Below the pieces are notes generated by a model, which was not told where the DNA came from, did no database searches, and saw nothing but the letters and a program-made list of their open reading frames with translations. From Phoronis australis (Eukaryota > Animalia > Phoronida), in NCBI GenBank assembly GCA_002633005.1, contig NMRA01000826.1, positions 66,978 through 130,977 on the forward strand: a stretch of DNA of 64,000 bases, read 5' to 3'. A program made the translations under genes and the position numbers. This document shows, piece by piece, positions 40,688 to 53,541 of this stretch. Position 1 is the stretch's first letter. Each line of letters opens with the position of its first letter.

Positions 40688-41113
40688 TTTACTGGAACAG
40701 CCCTCATACTTTTTATTTAAAAATCATCAATTTTCTTACATGTGTTAACACCAGTTTAGTGTTGCATAACTTTTCAATTCAATAGGACTGCAGACAATCA
40801 GTTGGCTCAAATCAAGTTGCCCATGACTTGATTAATGGCATAGTGAACATATTGCACCCTGTTCACTGGCAATATGAGCTTTTTTATATTGGGATATGTT
40901 AGGATATATGCCAATTGCATTTTTTTGAGTTTTGACGGCTGAAGAAACCAACTTGTCAACATTAACAGGTCAAAAAATACCACCCATTTTTAATGCATCA
41001 CTTCTTACAGGAACGACCACCCATAATTTGTTTTTTTTTCTGAAGACCACCACCCATGAATCTTTATTTCTACTGCTGTCCTCCCTCCCTCATGGATTTT
41101 ACTGGAACAGCCC
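40688..41113 (-). mobile_element. Harbinger-type element end (inverted relative to 4074-4490)
   Basis: TIR TTTACTGGAACAGCCC at 41098-41113 and again at 40688-40703; interior matches the reverse complement of the 4074 copy. Confidence 0.75.
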
Positions 41114-41117
41114 TCAT

Positions 41118-41236
41118 GAGAATCCATTAAATCTCAGGAGAATCCATTAAATCTCAGGAGAATCCATTACATCTCAAGAGAATCCATTAAATCTCAAGAG
41201 AATCCATTATATCTCAAGAGAATCTATTAAATCTCA
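41118..41236. repeat. 19-bp tandem repeat (GAGAATCCATTAAATCTCA) x6
   Basis: seen directly, just inside a donor of the nested gene. Confidence 0.92.
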
Positions 41237-41249
41237 TAAGTATCCATAC

Positions 41250-41426
41250 CTGAAGTCTTTTCAACAGTCCAGTGAGTCGGGCAATTTCATTCTTTTTTTC
41301 CTCCAATTCATTGGACAATACGTTGAATTGATCCTGTAGACATTTGTGGGCTGTTTCAGCCTCTCTGCGAAGGTGCTTCTCAATGGACAACCTTTTCTGA
41401 ATAGCTCGTATTTGGCTTGTAGAATT
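41250..41426 (-). CDS. Nested gene exon (coiled coil)
   Basis: ttgcag|NSTSQIRAIQKRLSIEKHLRREAETAHKCLQDQFNVLSNELEEKKNEIARLTGLLKRLQ|gtatgg. Confidence 0.78.
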
Positions 41427-41898
41427 CTGCAATAAGATGATGAGATTGAATCGTAAGTCGTGTGATGTTGAGCTTCTTTTTAGTAGTCATTTTCTACATC
41501 ACCAGTAGGCACCAAAATAAACTCTTCATTAGTTAGAAAACATGGCCCATTCCAAGAAAACCAACTTAGCTATGACAAATCTTAAACTTCAGTCAATTCT
41601 AAGATAAAACCAGAATTTGTCTCAAGACCACTTCAAGAGGTCTTAAGTTTGACTTAATTTTTTTACTGAAGTTTTGTCTTAAGTTAAACCATATTACTGG
41701 ATGTGGAAGTTTCAAAGTTTGGAAGTTGAGAAATAATTTAGACTTAAATAAAAATGAACTTAAGTCAGTTTTTTGAACGGACTGAAAGTTTCTTAATTTC
41801 CTTTGACAATCAACCTGAACTTTAAAAAGGTAACCATTTGAATAATTCACCATTAATTTTTGCACCATACACATAATATTAAAGATATAATACATTAC

Positions 41899-42024
41899 AT
41901 CTCCTTCCTTCCGCTTTCTTTCATACATTTCGTTTTCAAGCTGTTCAAGCTCCCGCTCTGCTTTGTTTGCTCTTCTCTCTGCTTTTTCTAATTTCTGCTC
42001 AGACTGTTCCAAAGCCAACTTCAT
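41899..42024 (-). CDS. Nested gene exon (coiled coil)
   Basis: MKLALEQSEQKLEKAERRANKAERELEQLENEMYERKRKEGD; phase 0-0. Confidence 0.75.
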
Positions 42025-42846
42025 CTACAGCCGATATTTTAGTTCAGTCAAATTGCAAATTATTGAGTGTCCAATTGATCGAATCACTTGGCTACTTCGT
42101 ACAATATATAAATAGTCATATGACTCAGTCTATACTTTATTTCATTCAAATTCCATATCATTGAGTGCCAGATTTATCAAATCACTTGGTGTTACTGTAT
42201 TGTGGATGCACGTCTCTCCGTTGTTACGTATTCTCACCAGAGGTCAATTTGGGTTTTAACCAATGTTAAGTTGTTGACCGGGCAGTTCAAGTTGGTCTGT
42301 GACAACGTGCGGATGTGAGTGGAAATTATTACAATTAACACTGATAAATTGTTAGCTAGTCACTGGTGCTGAACATTCTAATGACTGGTTATATGCAGTC
42401 AAACTACTGATTAAGTATTTTGTTGATAAGGTGAGCGTATTCAACTGTGTAGACAGCTATGTCTGCTGTTGTGCGTGGAACACGTCTGTAATATTTAGTG
42501 GGAAGCTGTGAATCATGTGGGTACAACCAGATGATGACGATGACTCGAGATACCACAAGCTCAATTGGTGGTGTTCGTCCCTGTATTATGTTATGTATAA
42601 CCACTTGTCAAATATTAGTATGTTTAAGATGTAAACATTGCACAAAATAACTAGAGAGGTTGCTATACATAACATGTCAAGTTTTAAAACCGTAGTTATT
42701 TTCTTGAATTTATGCTGCTACTTGCTATCATGGAAATATATACCTGGCTATGAAACACTTAAAAGACACCTTACATTGAGAACACAACCTGCCTACATTT
42801 TTAAACATTGTTTGTAACCAGACACAATCACGAACCACCAACCTAC

Positions 42847-42913
42847 CTCTGTTACATCTATCTCAACGTCACAATCTTTCTTTCCAGTCTCAGCAGATTT
42901 GAATGTATTGCTC
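42847..42913 (-). CDS. Nested gene exon
   Basis: ttgttttag|SNTFKSAETGKKDCDVEIDVTE|gtaggt; phase 2-0. Confidence 0.75.
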
Positions 42914-43837
42914 CTAAAACAAAAAAGGATGTTTTTGATAAACTAGCATTTCCACTCTAACAGTCTGAGAATATTTATTGTTTGTAATTACATTTTTTAT
43001 GGAAAAGTAGGGTGTAACTGTAAAATGACAAGTAAAATGAAAAATATCAAGAACTGTTTGCAAAGCATGGTCATATTTTTTCTACAGACAGGAATCTTTT
43101 ACTAACATTTATTTGTTTATTTATTCATTGTAATATTTACAATGAAAGTGGCCTCTTCAGTGATAGCACTGCTTTCCGAGAGGGCGCTTAGCAACAAAAT
43201 ATAAAACAGTACATGTAGGACAGGCTACCAGAACAACAGGTCTTGGGAACACAACATATCTCCAGACTTATGAACACGGCTCAGACAAAAGTTATTTAGG
43301 TTAACGTTGGACCGTAGAAAAGCATCATCCTACTCTGGATAACTTTTAAGCATCATATCTGAGAAATGGCTCAACGGATTCAAATCTTTTTTGTGCTATT
43401 CTCCACAAGAGGAGCTATCGAAAGAGGAATTTGATGATCAAAAAATCAAAAGTTGCATGAAACGAAAAGGAAATAGTCTTTTGAAATTTGATCATGGCTT
43501 TGAAATGAAATTTGGTTATGTATCATTCTTTATAACATTGACTAGCCATGGAAGTACCTCTTTTTGCTAGATTGCACTAAAGACATGGCCATGTGACTCA
43601 ATCACAGACAAAAATGTACTATAAAATCAAAAACCGAATCTTAAATTACATTTTCTACTTTCAGAAAATGAATACTCTAGCTATTTGCTTGAATGCATAA
43701 TAAATAAATGGTGAAATGTGAAAGGACTTCACGATGGTAGAAAAAAGATTTCCGAATGATATAGACGAAGTGCGTTGCTAAAGATCCAATAGGAGAGTTT
43801 TAAGTTACCTCTGTTGTGGGAATGAATATTGACTTAC

Positions 43838-44097
43838 TTTGAACCTTGGTCCTTCAACTTTTCTTTAAATTGTTGAAAAGTGATTTTTCGTTCATTTAGG
43901 GACTTAATAAGTTGCAGACTTGATGTACTGGCATCCACATTTATAAATGCATATTGCGTCAAGTCCTGCTTCAGAGGCTGACCTCTGAGCTCCTTATTTC
44001 TCCAGCGCTGGAAGGTTGTCAGTAATTCTTTGAATGTGTCTTGTGGGAGGCAAGCCACTTTCAGATGAACTTTGTACTTGTTCCGCAACTGTTGTAT
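43838..44097 (-). CDS. Nested gene exon (helical region after the ParB-like domain)
   Basis: gttttag|IQQLRNKYKVHLKVACLPQDTFKELL...FQQFKEKLKDQGS|gtaagt; phase 0-2. Confidence 0.8.
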
Positions 44098-44589
44098 CTA
44101 AAACAATACCATCACTATTTGTGGGCAATGAACGCTTGTAACCTCCACCATTATAAATTCTTCCAAACTATTTAGTGTTAGCTAGTTGACACTGCAGAAA
44201 TAAAAGAAATTTATTTTGCCAGAGAAAAGTCAAAATTTTATAATTAAATTTAGATTTTCAAAAGCTATCTTATTCACTGTCAGCTGCAGCACTACCAAAA
44301 CACTGAAAACAACACATCTTTACTTCTTTACCATGATCGCGGACTTAAATACAAAGTCCACGCTAAAATTGACACAGCTGCTAATCAGGCTGTGTGAGAA
44401 CATTTTGGGCGAACATGCGTGGTATTGCACAATTTCAAAATTGCATATTAATGCATTTTAGTTGCATAGCAGTACTAACTTGTATTGAATGAAAAACACA
44501 ATTGTTCCAAAATGAGGGAAAAAATAAATTATCTCGGCCTTCCAAATTTTGCAAGCAAATTTGTTGGACTAGACTTATCAAAATGTCAC

Positions 44590-45086
44590 CTTTTCTATGC
44601 GGAGAATTTTTGCCAAGTTGGTCCTCAATTCCGATTTCAATTTCATTTCCATTCGTTCAGGAGATGAGTGCAGCTTGACAGCTTCTTTTCGGAAAAGTAT
44701 GACATAATCTTCAAAAGTCATTGGTTTTGATACAGTCGAAATAACATTGCTATCATTTCCCAGTGTCAAACACTGTTCTGTAGTGAGGCCCCAATATATG
44801 TTGATGGGCCATTCCTTGAAGATACTGTTCTCCTTGGCCAGATCCTTAAGTGCCAAGTGGGTATGGTTACCCCCTATAATTTGGACGGGTATTGAAGAAC
44901 TGATGATTTCTTCGTAAGAAGGTTTTTTTGAGACGTCAACGAGCCCCAACAGAGCTGTTGTTCTGGTTTCCGGACGCATCAAGAGAGACTCTTTCAAAGC
45001 TTTAACATGCTTTGCGTCAGCAGTACGGCACATGATGCCATTGTCTGGCTGTCTCATTTGAAGCACTGGGATCATGAGATAGTTAC
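44590..45086 (-). CDS. Nested gene, ParB/Sulfiredoxin-like domain exon
   Basis: 497-nt open exon: RTADAKHVKALKESL...VQIIGGNHTHLALKDL...INIYWGLTTEQCLTLGNDSN; follows the ParB N-terminal pattern (R, helix, strand, IIxGxH..A, V, helix ending N). Confidence 0.8.
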
Positions 45087-47530
45087 CTATAACAAAACAA
45101 TGTTAGACAATCACGTTACACTCAGTAAGCACTTCCGGGTATTGTTCATTTCAAGCAAATGACAAATCTTAATGTGCAACAAGCATTAAACATAAAAGTA
45201 TCAGAATTTCTACCCTAACAATAATTAGTTAACAAAAGTGACAGTTGCAGAACCGTTCCGCATGCAGAACCATTCTGCATGGGGAGCGATTTCCTAAACA
45301 GAATGGTTTTGAGGGATATTCGTTTTGCCTAATCAACTTAAAATGCATTCCATTCCCATGCCACTTGAAAGTATCAATGTGACATGGCTGTTGCGGAACC
45401 ATGCGGAATCTGAGTGACAAGATGAACAACACATCTATAAGAGGAAACACATTTCATACAGGTCATAACTGTGATGGCGTATCTAGCACATAACTATCCT
45501 AAGAAAAATTCTGTAATTAGTCAATAAGGCTCCGAGACAAACAGACAACCGCATCAAAACTTAGTGTGGCCCTAGCTCTGGGCTCATGTAGGAATTGCTT
45601 AAACTTTCGCCATAAAACTTGCTTAGCTATTTTTGTCCGCCTTCAAAAACCTTGAAAGTCTGTCTCCTAAACCTGTGATCTGGCATTTAGCTGTCAAGCA
45701 TAACATCCCGTCTGATAGGTCACAAAGTGTGCACTGTAAACTTGAAGTTATTCTAAACTTGGAGCACTCTAGAGACACATTGTTGTGCAGTTCTATCAGT
45801 CTGCGTACTACTCATGATGATGAGTTTTACCAGGACCAGTTGTTTTTGTAATCGCTTCTACTTAATCATTCCCACCTGAAAAAATTCAGTTTTGTCACCC
45901 AGACATTTTCTACTCTGACATCTTGCCCTGTGCTTGACATGGGCATCCAGTCATATTAAGTTATTAACCTCCAAAATAATCCCCCAACTTAATGGCTACA
46001 ATATTATGTCTGTGTAGGTTCTGGACTGTACTACAAGATAAATTGCCTGATCAGCATGTCTATGAGTGATGTCTATGTGGAATCAGCTTCATCCATCTGG
46101 TTTTGTTTATGCTCTGGTTTCAACTCACCATGTAGCAGATTGAAGGTGCCTGATGAAGTGGTTGTTTGCTAGAGTTGTTCACTGGTACTGACTTAAAATT
46201 GATAAACAGTGACTGCTATTTTAAGAATCTGTGCAGTTTAAGTTTCATGTTCCTGGGTCAGATAAGAGGTGTAGTAGTAATGGTTTGTTCAACTACAGCA
46301 CTTACATGATGAAAGCAGTCAGACAGATTGTGGCTGACAACTTGGTTACTTTGTTTTATATATCTGAGGTTACTGTAACTCAGATCTCATGACTGTTTAT
46401 AGTGTTGTCAGCTAATTCAATATTTATGTTCTAAAACTGGCTTGAAATGTTTATCTCAAACATGCTTTATCAATTAGTTGTCAAGGTTACAAACTTGAAA
46501 GCAGCCTTTTCAAACTGGTTGTAACTCCAGAACTAAGAACAGCTGGATATATAGGTAAGACTGAACAATGAACTTAATGTTGAAATTTGCTATATAATGA
46601 TTAGATTACATTTAACAAGGAATAATTAATTTATAAGTGTTCAGTCACATTAATTTTGTAGTGGAAATATCTTTCAATTCTGCGCAAAATTAATTACTGG
46701 TATGTTTTATTGCCATTACCAAAAGTACATACCCCCCCAACACAGTTGACCATTCCCTTACAGTAAAAGAGCAGATTTCAAGGGAATGACAGGCATGAAA
46801 TGGAACATTCACTAGCTATTTATAGCACTCAGAATCCAAGTGAGAAATGTCGTTTTGCAGTTCGACTATTAGAAGTGAGTGTTGAGTCGACACGAGAGTA
46901 GGTTTCCCGAAATTAATTCATTTTGTCAAGTTGTGAAAGCATTCGCCACTTTAACATATGTACTGCACTCTAACATTGCCAGTGGCGCTCACAATTGGCC
47001 AATGGCAAGCTGGCGAGTGGCTAGTGCAAGCCCAGGAAGGTGACAGAGTTCACACAATATTCCTTAGTTGTAGTCTACACCTTCATGCAGCAACATGAGA
47101 AGCTGTAGAAATGGCCAGGATTCAACCCTTTCATCGTTTTTTGAGAGTGAGGCCAACGTGTAAGGAATATTCCCTCAACTCTCACACGACATGAGGAGTT
47201 GTCACGAAGCGCAGGAAATATTCTCTGCTTGAAGATATTAAGCATAGTATTTGGAGAACTACCTGCTTGCAGTGATGGAATGTCCCGTCACAAAGAATAA
47301 TATTATGCATAAAAATCCTCAATTTTGCCTTATTTCTTTATCAAATTTCTATAATCTGCAGTCACACCCAAAAAGGTGCTGGAACAGATATTCCTTTTTT
47401 GAAATAGAAACAGTTGCCGCCGCCAGGCTACAGATACAAAAACTGTTGTTTTAAAGTGACATACACATTGTTTCATAATGTGACTTTATCATGCTACTCA
47501 TTCTGAGCAATGTACTCTACACTTACATAC

Positions 47531-47588
47531 CAACCAATTTGTCTGAAAGTGCACCATCATGTTCCACATGTGAAGGCAAACTTGCAGC
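47531..47588 (-). CDS. Nested ParB/Srx-like gene exon
   Basis: atttcag|AASLPSHVEHDGALSDKLV(G)|gtatgt; phase 0-1. Confidence 0.65.
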
Positions 47589-49566
47589 CTGAAATTAACA
47601 GATTTTCATAAAATAAAATACTCCTTCTATAATACCACAGCCAATGTTAACAGCAGTATATTCAATACTAACCCTGTTACATTTAGTAAGTATTAATCAG
47701 TTGATGATAAAACAAAGCAGTTGACTTAAACATTGCTAGTTAAAGGTTATCTCCAACCATATTTAGTGGTCTCCATTCTAACTCGTAGATTAAAAAAACT
47801 AAGTTGCCAACTGGTAAAAGTCTATATTTTCTGAAACAAAAAATAGCTGGGAATATAGAAATCTGTTTTGTATTTATGTACCATTATTATTTTTACGTTA
47901 CTTTACAACACCCTTTTAAGTCAAAATTTCATTTTTAAGAGGGGTACATTCATAGCAAAATAACCCCTCAGTCTATTTCAATGAAAGATTTAGTTCACCA
48001 GTTACCTAAAAACGCTGTTAGGAATTTTCGATTAGTCCTTTCATTTGGTTTTCATGACAAATCAAATCGCAAAAAATAAGGAATTTTTGTAAAAAATAGG
48101 AGTCGAATTCGTCTTTGTTAGATTATGACAAAACTAGGGCTTTTTATTGAAACTCCTAACAGCATTTTTGAGATTGATGAATTAATATTAAGTTTGGAAA
48201 GTTTCGGCGAATTCCACCAAGCCCTTTTTGAAAACTCGTGTTCTTAAGTTCAATTACAGTTGATTTGCTGAAGCCGAGAAAAAGCTGATTAAACTGGGAC
48301 GAGCAAAAATGTCAAAGTCTTCGGTATACTATTTGGTGAAAACTTGTTTTCAGTAAATATAACCTATACATGCCTTAACCATGTTAGCTATTTCAACATT
48401 CAATCACAATCTTATGTCAACTGAATTTGCAGTGTGTAATTAACTTAATTATCATTAAAAGTACCGTCCCCAGCCAACTGAGACCTACTTTGAAGTAGGT
48501 CGCAGCTCATTGTTATTAACATAGTCTGTATGCATCACGTACCGGGAGACTGATAGGACACCTACGGTAGTAAGAAGTGGATAACAAAAATCGAGTTGGT
48601 GGTTAAAGTTTGTCCTTAGCATGAGATCAAAATAGCGAAATGCCAATGTACTTATTGAGTTAATTTAAGGAATTTGCATGAGGATTTATCTCATTTCACA
48701 ACTTGTTGTGTTCGTGACCACAAAGGCGTGAGGCGACTCGTAGAACTCGTTCTCAACAGTCGTATGCATGTATACGCACAACTCTTCAGGATCAAAACTA
48801 AGTTAATGTCTTTGTTTTCTCCGCCACTGTTCTAACATAAGTTCACCTCATGGACTCTATTATGGCGACTCGGTGAATGAAAGGGCATAGGGTATATACG
48901 AAGCTGCTCTATACCTGGTGCGAGATTCGATTTGAGTGACCTTTGACCTCGGATAAGTAGTAAACAAATATCCACGCGGTTGTGCGGTTCTAAGGTGGTT
49001 CTGCTAAATCTTTTTTCTCGCTACACTGTATATATTTTGTATTTGAAGTTACCCCAGAATAAAGATAATGTATTTTGCTAGACACATGTGAAATATTTTT
49101 GAAAATGGCCAATTTTTGTGAATAAGGTTTGAGATATCCTTAAAAGACAAACACACAACTTGTGGCAAAAGGGGATGACAATAATAACAGTTAGTGTAAT
49201 AAATAATAAGTCAATAATAATTCATCATTAAGAACACTTCATGTAGCAAAAATACAATGGTGGTACAGTACAAAACAGTGCCACATATCAAATGAGGGCG
49301 AATTACCGAATGCAAGGATTGAAGATATGTGAGTGGCAATTAGAAACTGGCAAACATGAAGCAACTTCATGCAAGGGGAGAGTATAAAAAGATGACTAAT
49401 GGAGATCATACAGCAAATAATTTAATAACTTCTGCTTTTTTCTACTAACATATTAACAATTCATTTTTGGAACAGAGCACTTGCTGACAAATCAAACTCT
49501 CAGGTAAAGAATTTCTCCAAAATTAAGACAATTCATCTTATACAACTGTTGTAAAATCATACTCAC

Positions 49567-49610
49567 AGCATGACTTTCTGTAAAATCTTGATCAACAGAA
49601 GCTTGGTATT
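49567..49610 (-). CDS. Nested ParB/Srx-like gene exon
   Basis: tttccag|(E)YQASVDQDFTESHA|gtgagt; phase 1-0 reconciles the neighbouring exons. Confidence 0.55.
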
Positions 49611-49621
49611 CTGGAAACAGT

Positions 49622-50237
49622 AACAAGAGCAATGCAGAGCATTGAAATGTGCTCACAAATGCAACGCAAACAGAGTGATTCTAGGGTTGTTGTTCTTGTA
49701 TCATAAAAATGGCAACTGGAATGCGCAAAAAAGTCCATTCCATCCGAAAACGAGAACATGAACATACCCACAGGCGTCCTCAGCTTTTGATCGTCCACAA
49801 TACACTATATAATACTACAAGGTATGACACTCCCGACTAGAAATTCCACGGGTGCTTCACTTCAGCCGTCCATAGCAAACACAAAACTCAATAAATTTAC
49901 ACAAAACATAGGTTCAACAAACCATGAGGAATTGTTCTTTCTCCCAACACCATTTACAGTGTCCTGCTTCACCCAGTTCGCAAGAAATTTGCGGTCAAAG
50001 CACAAAATCTTCCCAAAAAGCCCGTCCGGAGAAACTCCTTTGTAAATGGAAGTTAAACGACGATAGGGAATCATCCAATGAGTTACAGATGAACAGCAGT
50101 TGCCAATTTGTCACGGAAAGTTAAGAAATCGTGAAAGGTTTAGAAATAGAGCAGCAGATGCCGGACGGAGGGACAGTCAGAAGGACGGACGGAGATGACG
50201 GCATAATGCATCCACATATAAATATGTGGGCGCAAAA
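49622..50237 (-). mobile_element. HINE-like element with an unrelated interior
   Basis: both termini present; ~49760-50125 does not match the array. Confidence 0.7.
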
Positions 50238-50691
50238 CAATTCACTTGTTTGGGATGGCGAAAAATTAATTATTTTGCTCAAAGTTGGAGATCGTACCAA
50301 ATTTTAGAAATATGCAAAATTGGTCATCCAAAATTCAAGAATTATGAAACGAATTTAGCTATGGCAGCTATTTTAAATGATTTCATCTCAGAGTTGATAC
50401 AAAATGCAGTGTCCAATATTTCAGAAATATGATGAATGCTTTAATTACCAACAACCTCGTATTATTTTGGCTTGAATTTCAGTGTCCTGAACTTTAGAGA
50501 CTGTCCCAAACTGGAAAACTTTTGTAGCATATTTTCAGTTGACACATTCCCAAAGTTGTTCTCTATCAATTGTGGTTTGTCTTGTGCAGGAAACGTGCCG
50601 ACTAAAGCCACGTCTGTCGTGAAAATGGCAAATTTATTTGATCACTCATTTCAGCTATCAAAAAGCATAATGGCAATTCAGTTGCACTTAC

Positions 50692-50824
50692 CTTGAACAA
50701 TCGTTGCCCACTTTTGAAGAAATAGTGTTCTGGATAATCCTTTGAAACAAGCAGAAATTGCATTTTTGTCAACCTGTAGATTTTTAAATTGTACACTGAT
50801 CTGCTTGCCATCACTCAGTGTCAC
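50692..50824 (-). CDS. Nested ParB/Srx-like gene exon
   Basis: attttag|VTLSDGKQISVQFKNLQVDKNAISACFKGLSRTLFLQKWATIVQ|gtaagt; phase 0-1. Confidence 0.55.
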
Positions 50825-52152
50825 CTAAAATAGTAATAAACTTGCTAATGCCCAACAGCATTTTTAAACAAAGTGAGGAGAGAATGTTGAGAGAATCTTC
50901 ACTGAAAATTTATGAATTGTTACCAAATAGTTTGACTTAACCATAATTCAAGCCACATCTTGCAAAAAATCGTGCTGATGAATATCATGCCATTCACAAT
51001 GAGCATTGTACAGTAAAAACTGGTAAATACTTGACACTTGCATTTTGCAATTTGTTTATCCTGTATATCCATGATATCAGCAGGAGAGTATTGGAAAAAA
51101 ATATTGTATTCAGCTAATTTCAAATCTGCTTCCAAATATCAACTATTCTTGTTGCAAATAGCCAATATTTTGTGAACATGAGTTGCTTTGAGCATGAATT
51201 TCTGAAGGTTCTGAAGGAAGCAACTGAAAGGTCAGAAAGCTCACATTTCAAATCTTTTTTACTCATGTTGATAGTTGGATAGGTGGGTCACTCCAATAAC
51301 TCCAAAACTACAAATTAACAAGATACCTCACCCAATTCGTCTATAATTAATGTCAGTCCACGTAGTGGCAGAATTCAGGTCTGACATCATGTTCAGTTAA
51401 TATCAGGACCCAAATACAAGACACTAAAATCCATCTGCAGATGCCATTTTCATCAACAACCCGTTTGCATCCCCCTCTGTGATCAGAATTTTGACATGTG
51501 AATCATGAAACTTCCAATCTTGACAAGTAGTGCTGATGCAAAATCCCACGATTTCTGGAAATTTCACGTTTAAATGCCCGTGTTTGGTTAACTGCCCACC
51601 TCCAAATTTTTGAGTTTGCCAATTTAACCGCCCAGGGCGTTAACCTGAACGTTTACGATAAATGAGATGAACTCCTTTTTCTCCTTTCATTATACACGCG
51701 CCACAGTAAGAGATGGCACATTCCAACCGAAGGAGTCTGTGAGAAAAGGCAGCCTTCAACCTACAGCAAAATGACAAGCAACAAGAGTTAGTTTGCAGTT
51801 GTAGTACAGTTGCAAAATAACTCTTAGCCATTTGAAAATTTTCACTCCTAAATTAGTTTACAAATTTACTGTTACTACTTCAACTGACTGTTCAACTGGG
51901 ATTTATTTCAAGTGGTGTACCAGCTCCAACTTGAATTTCAAGTGTGGTTCAGCAGACAGAAAACTAGGATGATTTCAACTGGCCTTGAACTAGGATTTCC
52001 ACTTTTTTCAGTGTAAAAAAAAACAAAGAAACGTTTGAGTTTATGCTTCAAAATCTGTTGATCCCAAGACTAAGAAAGGATTTTGTAAGCTTGCAGTCAC
52101 TTAGTCAAGAAATCTGCCAAGGGTCAGTTCTTATGATCAAAATACTAGTTAG

Positions 52153-52562
52153 AAACAAGAGCAACGCAGAGCGTTGAAATGTGCCCATGAATATAACAGC
52201 ATCGCAAACGCTGTGCTTCTAGGGGCGTTTATTTGTATCATAAAAATTGCCACTAGATGGCGTAAAATACGTCGAAATCATCCAAAAACGGGAACATCTC
52301 AGCATTTACCAAATTTCACAAACATACGTCAGAACAAAGGAAAATGGGAAAAACGTAATTGCCACTAGGGGGCACAGCATTCATCAGATTCATATGAAAG
52401 TCGTGTCCATTGTCAACTTCATATGAATACAATTGCTAAGGTTGCCTTCGCCTTTAAGAACATTATTGCCAATTCTCAAAATCATTCTCAGAATGCTTTG
52501 ATTGATACAGAGGTGGACAGCAAAAAAAGAGACTTTGAAACAGGAAAAAATGGCCACTACGT
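52153..52562 (-). mobile_element. Truncated HINE-like element
   Basis: AACAAGAGCAACGCAGAGCGTTGAAATG end plus three array units. Confidence 0.72.
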
Positions 52563-53529
52563 GCATTTTGCGTCTAAAATTTTGACCTTTTAAAAACGTC
52601 TGATGAGTCAACAGTTAAGTAATTGGATTATAAGCATCAAACACACTTTTTACAGACTTTGCAATAAAGAATTCCACTAAAAGGGCTTATAAAGCTCTGG
52701 AAATGGTCATTCAGTGCAAAGGTTGTCTAATTTTCTTACATTCTTCAAGGAATTTTCAATTTCAGCACATATGCCAATCAAATACACTACTTTACTAAGC
52801 AATCAGACCATTCAATCAGATAAAATATGTCAAAGATCATGAAGTGTAAATTTTAAACTATAGACACTTCAGATTTACCCATGTGATTGATGCATGAACT
52901 GGAGTTTTAATTCCAAAGCTTCAGGTCATTTGGTGCAACCATGGAGTCAGAGAACATAGCTGGACGGAGATCACATGATTATAGACCACTCAATGTTGAA
53001 TTACTGATGAGTTACTGAATTATGGAGGACCCAGCCTACCATCTGTTCAATTATAACTAAATTCATAAAGTTCTTTTTCTATATTTTCCTCAGATACAAT
53101 TTAACTCATTTATTCCTGAAATAGGAAAAGAATGAAATGCTATTTTAGACCAACTTGAAATTTCAGTCACAAAAATCACACACGAATAAATCAAATTATA
53201 CTCACCCTCACAAAACCAACAAGTCTGTCAGTTTCAACAGATTTTATATGTGGACACAAATGGGATGAAGGAGTATCGATATAAATATTGTTGTTCTCCA
53301 GAGTAAACCACCAACTTGATGTAATGTAACAAGCACTCATGTCTCATGTGCTGCGGAGTGTATCAACTAACTGCTGCAATGACAACTGCAACTACAAGAC
53401 ATGTGGGAGCTTTACCAGCACTGGCCACTCCTTCTACATAAATACATGGATTGCCTGTTTACACAGCGTGATGGCCATTAGGGCATTCCTGTGAACTCAA
53501 CCTCATCTATCGCTTTTGTTTATGCTTAC

Positions 53530-53541
53530 CATGCAACACAT
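53530..53541 (-). CDS. Nested ParB/Srx-like gene, candidate start exon (MCCM)
   Basis: 27-nt exon 53530-53556, ccccttag|...atg|gtaagc; phase 0 joins the next exon. Confidence 0.35.

Noticed and set aside
43105-43440. 3' end of an L2/CR1-like LINE
   Set aside because: (AATA)n-like tail present, but the coding remnant is too decayed to call.
44590-45086. Bacterial contamination or a sulfiredoxin gene
   Set aside because: Embedded in spliceosomal exon-intron structure with host-like composition; lacks the sulfiredoxin GCHR cysteine.
48455-49145. TTAA-flanked Kolobok/piggyBac-like element
   Set aside because: Terminal inverted repeats too weak to support.
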